A stretch of DNA of 64,000 nucleotides from Paraspadella gotoi (Eukaryota > Animalia > Chaetognatha): positions 5,569,991 through 5,633,990 of the forward strand of contig CM119271.1 of the NCBI GenBank assembly GCA_051294375.1, given 5' to 3'. The number at the start of each line of letters is the position of its first letter. Positions within the stretch are counted from its first letter, which is position 1. Shown in pieces: positions 41,641 through 54,400 of this stretch. A program made the position numbers and the translations under genes. The notes beneath the pieces are model-generated. The model worked only from the letters and a program-made list of their open reading frames with translations, ran no database searches and had not been told where the DNA came from.

Positions 41641-44573
41641 GCCTGTCCAAAGTCAACATACCTTGTTTATTAAATGAAATTCAGACCTTCATTTGTAAAA
41701 ATACAAATTAAAAACTCTACTACTTTGTAATCAAACATTTAATTTGTAAAAATGATGTAAAAGTGACTCTAAAAAAATAATAAGAATGACAAGAAAATCA
41801 CCCTCGACATGACGCCATTAAAGAGAAAGAACAGAGTGATAGAAAATTACGATGGCAAAAACTTGAGGGGAAGAAGAGCTTATATAGAAGAAAGGGATTG
41901 TGAACTTTAAAAGTTTGGGATCGGTGACGGAGGGAGAGAAAGAAGGGGAATAGAAATGTGAGAAGTGAAGGAAAATGAACTGATGAATTGGAGAAGAAGA
42001 GAGGAGACAAGAGGAGGGATTGTGAACTTGTGAACGCTGATAGAGGAAGGAGGAAAGACATAAAAACTAGTTTGAGCAAACAATCTCGAATCTGACCATG
42101 ATCATTAGCGGTAATTAATTAATTAATAAATTAATTAATGAAGACAGACGGACGGATGGACGGACATCTCTTTTTTTTTTGCATAATTTAACATAATTCG
42201 ATGTTCTGACATGATTTAAGTCACTTTCCGACAAGCATTTGGGGTGGGACCGACTGACCGACCAAGTGAATTATAGAGCCGAGATCTGCTGTAAGTAGAT
42301 CCGACTAAAAATAGGAATTTGGAGAAGAAAGTCTTAATTTAAGGGAAGATCTTGTTCCACTTGATGATTTAGTCGAGAAGATGTCGCTTGTCAAAAAGTT
42401 GTCGCGAAAAATGGTCGATGTACTTGGAAATTGGAAAGACTCGATTTTTTTGTTTTTTTTGGTCAAAATTCGACGCATGAGCCAATGACAGATAAATGGG
42501 TCGACTATGGCGACATATTAAGATATCGAAAATCCGTAAGAGGCGGGAAGTTGGACGATGATGACAACGACGATGACAAAAAAATCTTAAAAGCATAAGG
42601 ATNNNNNNNNNNTCGCCGGTCATGGCTTGATAAAAAAAACAACAACCGCGAGAGTGCACTCCGAAGCCAAGTCAACTTAACATTGGTTTCGATTCGCGAA
42701 AACCTTAAAAGAAGCCGTTTGGACTGAATAAAAACCTAAACTAACCTAACCTAACCTCCACTCGGTTCATATGACACAAAAACCTCATCCATCGACGATG
42801 ACGACGACAGCGACGACTACGACGACGACGACGACTTAAACAACAATTAACGACAAAGTCTCCTTCAAATCGCAGCTGGCGCCGTTTTTATTCCGGCGTT
42901 GTTGTTGTGATTCTTTGGCTCAGTAGCGCGTCGAGTTGAAAATCCGACTGAACTGGACGAAAGGTCATTGAACGAAAACGACGACGACGACGACGACGAC
43001 AAAGAGATGGTCAAAGAACAAAGAATATGACGAGAAGGAAAATGAAAATAAATGACAAAAAAAAAAAACAAGAACCGCGGTAAGTTCCTTTTGTTCTTGC
43101 ATTACCTGATCACGTGACAAGACCTCTAATCTACCTATTATCTGTAAATAATTAAATATGAGAACTTTGTCTACAAAAATATGTAGACAAAGAAAACGAC
43201 AATAATGTAACCCACGACGACGTTCAGGACGATGCAGTCGACGATAATAACTTTATAAACTTTTTTTCCCAAAAGTTTTATTCGTTTATCTCAATTAGTT
43301 GAAACAGTACATTCAAAAGGGCATAAAGCATTACAGATGAACGCCAAAAAATGTAAAGTTTACAATAACGAAAAAAAAATTAACAATAAGCAGACAAGAT
43401 TTTTAAAATATTGTTTCTAGAGGAAAACAGCAAAGTTTCAATGTTTATAAAATGTTGTCGCGTAATTGGCCGAATTTTCACTGCTTAGAGTTAAATAGTT
43501 CTGCCACTTTATAAGGCACACTTCATATTACCCCCTCCTATTTAATGATTCCTTATAACTTCCTCCATCTGCAACGAGTCATCTATCCGCCAATGACCCA
43601 ACCGTTTTCGTTGCCGCCATCTCCCTCAATAGATTCTCCTGCAACCTGCAACGCCTTCTCTTTCTCGTCCTCATTCAATCGGAATAACGATTTTTCTTTT
43701 TCGCCCAGAAAAAAATTCCAAGGCGGGAAAAAATATCGATGGCGAAAGTAAAGAAATATTACGCTGTCACCCAAAAAGGCCTCCCTCTAGTATCGCTGAG
43801 TAACTCTCGCGGTTTTTGAGTAGAAGAAACATAGAACAAGCTTCGGTCGGCAGTAATATGTGGGAGGCCAAATGTTCGGCCAATGTCATATGGTAAGATG
43901 GGGTCACCTGGAAATATCAGTACGGAATATCAAAGCCTCCAATGGTCATAAAATGTAATCAAGTTAATGCGATACAAGAACCAAAAAGCAACAGGAAGTA
44001 AAACTGTAAAACAAAATGAGGCACAAATTATGAATAAGGCACGTACTATAAAGTAAACATAATAGTAAAAAGAACCAAATAAATGTTTATGAAAAAGTCC
44101 ATGAGTATGAGTTTGTGAATCAATGATGAACGGAGGCCGATGATCCTGAAGGAGAGAAGGCATGAGCGTAACTGTAACAGCTGTAGCTGCTGTCGTGGGT
44201 GGCCGAGGTTTTAAACCTTAAATAAAAATACATTTTAAGTAAAAGCAAAAATAAACAAAACATCAATATTTTATAAAAGTTCTCTTTCAAAAGTATTACG
44301 CCTTCCCGCGCACCAAGGGGGAGTCCTTTTCATCGACGTAATACTTGATGTCTGAACCGACGAGAGGGCGGGGAAAAAAAATATGCGGGGAATGAAGACA
44401 AGATTTATGTGCGATCGTTTCGTCGTCAGAGTGGATGCTTTCTTGAAAAAGAAGAAAAACGTTGGCGAGGATTTCATCTAAATGGCGAAAAACACAAACA
44501 AAATCCTTCCAGTGGCCAACGCGTAAACATCCAAAAAGTTTTGGGCGAAAACGCTGAGAGGATAAGGTCGGTG

Positions 44574-44922
44574 TTTAGTTGCGCCGCGAGTACTCGCGGA
44601 GCAACTCTATAAGTCACTTTTTGGTCGGTCTGTCTGTCTGTCTCATAAATTGCATATTTTTTTTTTCTGATTGCATATATTGCATATATATTGCATATAT
44701 TGCATATAGTTGGTTGCTCAATGCTTATTTGTCTACTAGCGCCGCCTTCAGGAAGTCCTAAAACTATAAAAAACAAAAGACGGAATTCCGATACAATGCG
44801 TGTCATAAATACATGGGCTAGGAAAGTTATGGTAGTCATGTAATGTCACATCATATCTTGTCATGTCTCGTCGTGTCATGAGAAATACACGTGATTAGGA
44901 AGTCACTGCGGCGCAACACATT
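44574..44922. mobile_element. Helentron-associated HINE, inverted copy
   Basis: TTTAGTTGCGCCGCGAGTACT...CTCTATAAGTC...(GTCT)n...CGGCGCAACACATT. Confidence 0.7.
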
Positions 44923-45237
44923 TGAATTACCGTTCTTGTTTTGAGTAATTCTTCGTAATCATATTCGAGTTATTTTGGGTCAAAGCGATGTGCAAAAGTT
45001 TTAAACGAATGTTGGGTAGCAAATAACTGACTTGAACACTAGTGGCAAATACTTTTTTGCTTCGATAACTGTTAACGACGAGATGGTTTATGCAAGAAAG
45101 AACATGACACACAAATCTGTCTTTTTTTCTGTTTTTTATCAGCAAATAAATTCATTCAATCGTGCAAATCAATAGAGCCAAACAATCTAGGGGGATACAA
45201 TTAGCGAAAACCCTGGAGAGTCAGCTGCCTGGTAAAA

Positions 45238-45303
<66 letters not shown>

Positions 45304-45611
45304 AAGAGAGAGTAGATTCTCCGGTCTTCTCAGTAAAAAAATAGAAAAATAGAATAAAAAGGAAAGGTAGAGGCGGACCGGAGTTTATTTATCCCCGAGA
45401 TAATTGAGGGAATTATGTCATTAATCTTGCGTCGTTGGAGAGCCCATGCAGGCGCTAGTGGCAATGCCGTTTTCGTGCCAAGACTGATGCCATCGTCGAT
45501 CCTTGATACCTGCTACGGTGCCAGCGGCGAAGGCGTCGCCGGCCAATTTAGATTTTGATGAAATTGGTTAAGACAGGAAAACTGGACTACATACCAGAAG
45601 CGGCTAAATGG

Positions 45612-45709
<98 letters not shown>

Positions 45710-46440
45710 CACGAAGTACAATGGTAAAAAAGGACGACATTTCCCAACGACCTTTGGAAAAAAAAAGAAAAACGGATGCCATAACCGGATGTGAGGAAAG
45801 TGAAGGAGGAAATAAACGATGAAATAACCCGATGATTTACGGGAAAGACTTCAATAAAGTCGCATCGTAAAAGATTTACTTTCCCTACACGCGCGCCCGG
45901 ATCTTTGATACACGCTCCCTCCCTAGACAACTTTTTCTCCCTCTCTCAATCTCCAAAATCATCCATATTTTTCTTCCGTCCTTTCTCACTTCGTTTACTC
46001 CCTTCTCATTTTCTTTTCCCAAACCACAAACCCTTATTTATTACTTAACCCTCTCTCTCATTTCCTGCCCTCATTACTTTTCCTCACTTATTCCCACTCG
46101 ATCGTCTTATTTTCTCACCATGTTCCCTCACATACTCGATCAGCATTTTCTTTCACTCTATACGTATAGTGTACCTCCTCTCTTAGTCATCTTTTTTAAA
46201 CTCATTCCATCACAATTTTTCTCCTTCCTTAAGATTTGTCAAATTACTTCTTCCCTCTCTCTCTCTCTCTCTCTCTCTCATTTCCCTTTCCCTTCCTGCA
46301 TTCTCTCTTCCCCACTCAACTTGTTCGGTTCGGTTCGGAGAGATAAAAAGGGGAGGAGTGTGAGGCAAAATTCAGTAGTGGAAACTAAATGCAAAAAGCA
46401 CGAATATTGACTGAAAGGTGTATGAATTATATTTAAGGAG

Positions 46441-46697
46441 TGTGGCAGCAAGACTTAAAGCTGCCTCACTGCTGTCCGTCCTCATCCTCGTCTCAATGGC
46501 TGAGCAGGCTAAATCATCTCATTCCATCCGTGCGTCCCGGGTTCAATCCCTGGGTATCCCGGTTCTGGCTTAAATGTGACGGTGCCGGTATAAACATGCC
46601 AGTGACAGGAGGCGGTCACTGAGGGTCCGCAGCCCCTACGCCAGTTGGTGAGATACCCCGCGCCCCGGGTATCACAGGCTATCCTCCCGTTGCCATA
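46441..46697 (+). mobile_element. 257-bp tRNA-carrying solo LTR (Helenus-like TRIM), copy B
   Basis: TGTGGCA...TGCCATA; 4-bp TSD GGAG (46437-46440, 46698-46701); A box TGGCTGAGCAGG 46497-46508; B box GGTTCAATCCC 46540-46550. Confidence 0.85.
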
Positions 46698-46891
46698 GGA
46701 GGTCACTTAAATTTCATGAGTCCATAATTTAGAGATTCTTTTCTAGTGCGTATTTAGTAGAAAGAATTCAGTTAATTTTAATTCACTTTGTTATGTTGTT
46801 AGTCTTCTTAGCTCATTAATTATAACTACGTTTCCTACTTGAGTAGTCACGCAATCATGTGCAAATAAATATAAAATAAGTTATGCCGAAT

Positions 46892-47230
46892 TGTTGTTGA
46901 ACGTGACGTTTTTTGAACTTTGCTACCTTTTGTTTAGGCAATCTGAAATCTACCGAGGACTCTCTGATTGGATGAATCATCGGCGGAATCAACCAATGAG
47001 AAGACGGGCTTCATGCCATCGGAAAACGAGCCCGTGTCGATGATCCGATTGTTCACTATAAATAGCTGACCATTTTTTACTGAATCCATCTGTCTCAAAT
47101 TCTGACACCGTCTTTGCTTGTGACTTTTCTAAGAATAAAATCCACTTTGGTTTCATGTTGAAATCTCTGTCTACTTACTTAAATGTGGTGGCTGTCGTGC
47201 GTTTCGAACCCACGCCTCCAGAGAGATTGG
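46892..47230 (+). mobile_element. LTR with extended tRNA-Leu primer-binding site (diverged relative of 37348-37690)
   Basis: TGTTGTT start, CCAAT, TATAAATA, AGAATAAAATCCACT, CTGTCTACTTACTTAAATG, then TGGTGGCTGTCGTGCGTTTCGAACCCACGCCTCCAGAGAGATTGG from 47186. Confidence 0.75.
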
Positions 47231-48637
47231 TCGGGAGAAGAGCGGGAGTTTAACCTGGAGGTCTCTCTATACAAGATTTCTCAGTGCGCCACCTCCAGTC
47301 GCGCGGCTTTTTCGGATCCCTTTTCGATCTCTTTTTCGAATGCTTTACGGCTGCCCTTACGGTTTTATTACGCGAATTCTTTATGGTTCTAAACAATTGG
47401 ATATTTGCTTATTTTGAACGTTTATACTTCGTTATTCTATGTTTATATTACAACAATATATGAAGCTAAACTGTAAAATACGTCTACAATGCTTAAAGTC
47501 ATACAAAGTGTTGGATTATTTTTACATTCGCCGACCAGGATTTTGCGGTCGGTTATTTGTTTTTCGCTTCTTATGAGCGATGTATAGAAATCTCATTACG
47601 CAAAAATAAATGACACTGCTAAAGGTAAAAAATCTTTATATCACAAATTACATTTCGAAACCTCCCCTAACCCTAACTACCCTTAATCCCTAACCCTAAC
47701 CACCCCTAACCCAATTGCTTACCATTTAAAAAATATAACATAAAAATATTATTTTTTTTCCTTTCATTTTGGTTATTTGTTTAAGGTAAAAAATAAATTG
47801 TTTATGTAAGAGTTTTATTTAGAAATATAAATTTTGCAAAAACGAAATATAATTTTCTCCAAAACGAATTGATTAGTGAAACAAATATTTTCACAAAGTT
47901 TGAAGAGAGAGTCTGTAAAAATATTTGTTTCACAAATCAATTCGTTTTTGCACCGATGAAGGCTTACATTGAAATCCGAAATTTATGTTTCTTAATAAAA
48001 CTCGTACATCAACAAACAATTCATTTTTTACCTCAAACATAAAAATATCAATAAAATAAATTTAAAACAATTATTATTTATTATAAAAGTAAAAAATTTA
48101 GATATTAATTTGCAAGCTAAGACTCGACGCTAGAGAGAAAACAAAATTAAATGGATTAACAAAGCACCGACCGCTGGTACCTCAAGTTGGTTGCGGACGT
48201 CGAATAGTTTTTATATAAAAACAGCGCGACGACGACGACGACACAAAGAAGCAATCCTGAATGATTATAGTATGATAAAAATAAAAATTGTGACTAGATC
48301 CCTCGATACTCGACAGTCCACATTAGAGGTTTGTGCAAAAGAAAAACCTTCCGAATACTGTTTTTGAAATAGTAATCGTAAACCAACATAAAAAATATAC
48401 CAACCTTGACAAAAATACATGGCAAGGAGCAAAACCCATTAGCTAATTTCAATGTGTTGGCACAAGGTATAACTCACGATTTAGCGGTTTGCACTTTTAA
48501 AGTGACCAAAAAAAGTGAGAGAACATCGTAGTACAAATAATAGTAAAAGTATTCAATAGTATCAAAAAAATAAAAAAATACACCAGTCGTAAATCACATT
48601 TTTGAAATCCTACCACGAAAGCCAGATATTTCTGTCC

Positions 48638-51368
48638 TCAATTCTGGCTGCTCTCGAAGTACATGAAGTCGATGAGCATGAGGGCGCCGAGCAGCGAGGC
48701 TTTGAGTTTGACGTCGAGGTCGAGCGGAAACGTGATGCCAAAGTGGTCGGCGTCGGTGTAGGCCTCGCGGAAGCAACCCGTCCACTAAAGCGTAGTAAAA
48801 ATTCGAAATTTAACTTTAATTCAAATTCTAAAAGTGAGGAACGAACATCTTTATACTAATGAACATTTATGTATAAAAAAATTTATAATTAATTTTACAA
48901 TTTACGCAATAGGCTATATTTAATATTATTTATAGTTATTTATAGTAGTACTAATCCAATAAATGTTAAAATTTCAAAATCACTTTTTGTCAGATTTTTT
49001 TGGAGATTTGGATTCGTCATGAAAAGTTGATATAAAGAAATATAACTCTTTTAAAAATGTTTTCATTAAGCTGGTCAAATATAAAAAAAAACCTGTTATT
49101 TGTTTCAGAGTTATGATTTTGGCAGGAGATTTAATAGTTAAATAATAATAATTATTTGGTCTTTTCATGTCAATAATATAAAAAAAGAAAACAAATTATT
49201 TCTGTAGATAACATGATTTTTATTTAAGTATAAGCACTGATCTTCAGAGACTTCTGTCTCCCTCAAAGGTTCATAACAAATTGAGACACAAAATTTACAA
49301 AACAGTTTTTGGTGATGTTTCTACTATTCCATTTGGCTGAAAATCCATTCTCCTAAATCTGGCCATTTCTTCTATTCTCTGCCTTTGAATTCAATAAGCT
49401 TGTTTTCAGAATCTGAACATAAGAATTATGTAAGAGAAAACAAAATAAAAGATTCTGCTATCTTAGAACACCTTTTTGAATGCACTAATACCTGTCAATT
49501 TCCTGACCCAGGGGTTATTTGGGATGAATGTAAAATATTAGAACAAGAAAATAACAAATTAAAAAGATTGTAAATAGAAATGAAAAATTTTATATATAAT
49601 TTTAGCCTACTTAATGAAAGAATTGTTAAAAATGATTAATATTTTCTTTTATCAACTTTTGACAAGGAATTCAAATCTTCAATTAAAATTAAGAAAAGCT
49701 TATTTTGAAATTTTTCGATTTTATAAGGATAGTACTATATATAGCCTACTATAGCCTATTGCAAAAATTGAAGAACATAAAATTAATTTTTAAATTTTTT
49801 TTACTATTTATGTTCACTGATTGTACAAGGTGACACACGACAGCACGCCGCAAAAAAAATCGTCATTTGCAAACTTGTGAAGATTTTTTTAATCTGAATT
49901 TTTTTTGTAATAAAATACTAAATCATTTATATATCCAAATTTTATATTGATTGGTTTTGATTTTTAAAAGGTAGCCTTCCAAATCGTTTTTCATTTTAAA
50001 ACTCCATTTTTTTTTAATCTGTTTTTTACAAGAGCTTTCAGAAGATATTAATATTGATACCTTTTAATGTAAAAGTTCTTTAAAAAATGTTCATAAAGTT
50101 AAACAAAAAGATTGAAAAAAAAAGATTTGTTTTAAAATGAAACACGATTTTTAAATCAACTTTTTCCGGGTCACTTTTTCCAAGTCAAATCATAACCAAT
50201 CAATATGAAATTTGGATATATAAATGATTTAGGTTTTTACTACAGAAAAAATCTTTCAGATAAAAAAAAATCTTTACAAGTTTGCAAATGACGATTTTTT
50301 TTAGCGGCGGGCTGTCGTGTGTCACCTTGTACGTTGTTCAAAATTGACATTTAGAATTTTCGTATGTAACTTTCACCAAGCTCTACCTTCCACTGTTTCG
50401 TCACTGATCCGATCTTGTTCTTTTCGCTTAGGTCCAGAACCTTGAAAAGGGAGAATATATGGGAAAAGGATGAAAGGGTGGTAAAGGGGGAAAAGAAAAG
50501 AAGGTGGGAAAGAGGATAAGAATGAGAAGGAAATATTAATGTGGAAGAAAAAATGGAGATGAAGATTATCCAGGAAATTTACCCAATCAAGTCAGGAGTA
50601 AAAAAATGTCAGCGTGAGCAACTAACTAAATACTCAATAAGTGAATATAGCTAAATCGTATCATTTCATTTTCATTTTCAACCTGGAACTCGACGTCGGT
50701 GCACCAGATGATGTGGCAGCAGGGCCCGACAATCTTGAGCATCGGAGTCTTCTTGTCGGCGCCGTAAACGGTGAACTTGGGAATGCAGAAAGTTGGATCC
50801 TGTTTGACGAAGCCGATGATCTTACCCGGAGGGGATTCGATCTCAATTTCCTGTTAAAGTGAGCGAGGGGAAAGGAAAGGGACAAAGGGAGGGAAGAAAA
50901 AGAGTGAATTAAAAACCTTGGTGATTAAGGGAAAAAATCTTAAAAGCATAAAAATCGTCGCAATTGCATAAGAAAAATCGGGATTGACGACAAATTTTGA
51001 TACTAAAAAAAATCAAATGAGACCCTCCTAGGCTGTGACTGGATGCGTCACTGAGGGTCGGAAGCCCCCAAAGCCAACAAACAATTTTTTTTTTATGTCA
51101 CCTTCTCGCTCTCTGTAAAGAATAGTCGTACGTTTACTGAATAGCAGTATTGCACTGCATAGTCGTAATAGCGCTGCTTACGGCGTCGTCAATATTTGTT
51201 TATTTGAGTTGTCTAGTTACTGAAACCTTCACTACCGTTCTTGAGGCGCCGTAAGACGATTCGACGTCACGAGTTTTTGAAACTAAAGATTAATTTGAGG
51301 AAAAACGTAAAAATCCCTAACTGCCCAAAAGAGTTTGAACGCGCTCTCTTCGTGATTCGTCGAAAACC

Positions 51369-51435
<67 letters not shown>

Positions 51436-54400
51436 CAATTGCGACGATCCTTATGCTTTTAAGATTTTAAGAAAAGTGCATTCCGCTTTTCCCTTTAGCG
51501 TAGTTCAAACCTATTAAATAAAAATAATTATTAAGGCGAGTGATTTTTTTTAATATTAAAAAATTATAACTTTTTAAACGATATTCTTTTTTTTTTAAAT
51601 TCTTTCAGCAAAACAAAAGCAATTATCTCTTTATTGAATTCGGCATAATTTTTTTAAAAATCTTTCACAAACCTTGTTAAAAATATCATTTTTTAAAAGT
51701 TTTATTAAAAATATCCTGAAACAATAGGTTTTCAAAAAATTTTACTTGGTAAAAAACTAACTTAATTTATAATGCCAGGTATGTAACATAGTCAATTTTT
51801 CCACTCTACTTCTCTATTTTTTCTACTCTACTTCCACTCCACATAAAAAAATGTTTTGTCCATTGAAAGTATACTTCAAAATGTATAAATTTTCGTTTGA
51901 GCATGTAATCATTCTAAATTTTTGACTCACCCCATTGAATGGGGCTACCCCTACTACAAGATAGATTGGGTTTCGTCCCTGTAGTAAGAAATATTTAAAA
52001 GATATTTATCAAAAAGTCAATTATTTAGAATTTTTTAAATTTTTTTCAGAGTTGGCAGCATTTACTGTAAAAATCTTTTGAAAAAAATGTTCAAAAAATT
52101 CATATGATGTATGGGCATCTTTACCAATACTCGTTTTTGATTTAAAAACTTTTCATGCATGGAAAGGTCTACTCATTATGTCTGCATTAGAACTCTGACT
52201 TTGGTTGTGCAATGTTAGTAAGAAAAAGATAGGTGAACTCAAAAAGTTGTGAGGTTGTCCTCAATATTGCAGTAAATTTAAGTCCTTACTAAACCCTCGT
52301 CTGAGAAGAACCTCTGCCCTAGACGCTTCGGCCACGAAAGAATGGTTCAATTGCTTATTAAAAAAAATCTTATTCTTTTTTCATAAAAAAAAATAAATAA
52401 TGACACTTCTTCCCTTGATATCTTTGGCGAATGTTATCCTTCTCATTTAAAATTTTAATAGCAGGAAGATATTACTTTTTCAAAGTTAGTTTTAAATTTT
52501 TTTTTCAATACATGGACCTTATCATTTTTTATAAGGTTTTGCAAAAGGGATGATTTTCTTAATTTTTACAAATGTATGAGTCTGTAAAACATGAACAAGA
52601 AATCAAATTTTAAAAACAAAAATAGATTTGGAATCAGCATGATGTCCGCTTTCAAACCCTTTATAGTTTTTAAATATTTTAATTAGTTTTAAAACTATAA
52701 CATATTTTTATAATATTGAAAAAATATTTTTGGTATTTAAAATAATTTTTAAAAATTTTATTTGTTATTTAATAAAAGTGATCTTGTTCAATGTATCATT
52801 TTGTATAAAAAAAGAATCAATTACCTTGGATATTTACAGTATACTTTTGAATATTATTTTGACTAAATTAATTATTAAAACAAAAAAAATTAAATTAATT
52901 CAAAAATTGTATTACATCATTATGTAGGCCTCGTCTCGGAGTATTTATGAGCAAAAAATGATGGGGCAAGCTTCATTAACAACTGCGCAATTTTTTGGAA
53001 TTTTTAAAAATTCGCCAAATGGGGACACAAGCTAACCTTCCTGCATCTATTACTCATAGCTGAGCTGATTCCAACTCCTAGTTTGAGAGATATCCACTCC
53101 CTCCAGTTTATCGAGTAAAGAAAAAAGTTCAAAGAGAAAAGAGAGAGAGAAGGAGACATAAAAATAAAAGAGAAGAAATTTGTTTGTTTTGATAAAACGT
53201 AAACAAAACATATTTAATAATTGTCCTCACCCAATTTCAAGGACCTCGATGATGAGAAGCTGTATATAAATTTTCAGCTTCATACACCCAAATTTAATCA
53301 TAAAAAAGGCGATCTATAATTTGAAACGCCGACGACGACGACGACGACGACCCCTACGCCACTTATGCACGAAAGCATTACAATATCGTCGCAAACGCAA
53401 AGCGATTGCGACGATAAAAAGAAAAATCGGAAACTTACCATTTGGCAGCAGCCGCCGCACCAGCTCCAAGGACTACACCGGTAAGGTCGGTAAAAGTGCA
53501 TGACTTCCCGTTCGTTGTTGTCGGTAACCTTCATATCAAACGGGCGGGCTGGACCGCAAACCTGCCTGATATAAAATAAATAACAAATAAGAATATTTGA
53601 ATACGGTCGCTACCATGATGGAAAATTAAACTGTTGCGGTTACTTTCCGGATATTTTTAAGCATTTTAATATAAAATATAAAAATCGAAAAATAAAATTT
53701 AGATGTTGAGTAACTTTGGCCTCTTGTGATTCATTAAAAATACCTGCCTTTTCTCAGTCTCATATCAAATGGTTATTGCATTATTTCTATTAGGATAGAT
53801 TCAGGGATGAATCTATCATAATTTTAATTTATTTATTTATTCTAATCTTAATTTATATGTTAATAAAAAATGTTATTAAAAATACATTGATGCTGTAGAT
53901 GCTCTAGAATATTATGGTGGACTAAAATCCACCAACCGTTCATCAGCGGCCATTGGTGCCGGAGGCAAGTCATTCGCCTCCTAGCAGTTAAGAGGGACGG
54001 GGCGCTTAACGCGCCTGTAACACGGTGTTACAGCCTGATCGGAAGCTCAGGGACTGCTTATATTGAAAGGTTCTGTTTTTTACCATTTTTTACCCCAAAC
54101 GGTGTTCATGCCGGCGTTCTCGGCTCCACCAAAGTTCGCCTCTTGTTCAGCAAAACGATTCAACGTGATGACGGCATTCTCCTCATTCCCGACGCTCTGT
54201 CGTTTCGGCCTTGCTCCGATTCGCCAGGTCCCTGGAACAGAAGCCTGTCCTCGATGCCTTTCTCCCTTCCAGCAATGCCACCGGTCATCTCTGCGTTTCC
54301 CCCTGTTGACACTCCTGGGCCACAATGCCCATTGCCCACGGCTCCCGCGCCGGGTGTCGCCATCGCCCTTCCTACCGTTGGTGCCTCCGAGGAGACAGTG

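Larger units (their letters stand above)
48786..50385. mobile_element. Old hAT-type insertion that constitutes the last scramblase intron
   Basis: TSD GTGGAAGG / GTGGACGG (7/8 match, coding strand); decayed TIRs TAGAGCTTGGTGAAAGTT vs TAAAGCGTAGTAAAAATT (13/18). Confidence 0.75.

Noticed and set aside
46490-46560. Possible functional tRNA genes (also near 2850, 32650, 39840)
   Set aside because: A and B boxes are present but acceptor and anticodon stems do not pair properly, and they sit inside dispersed repeats.
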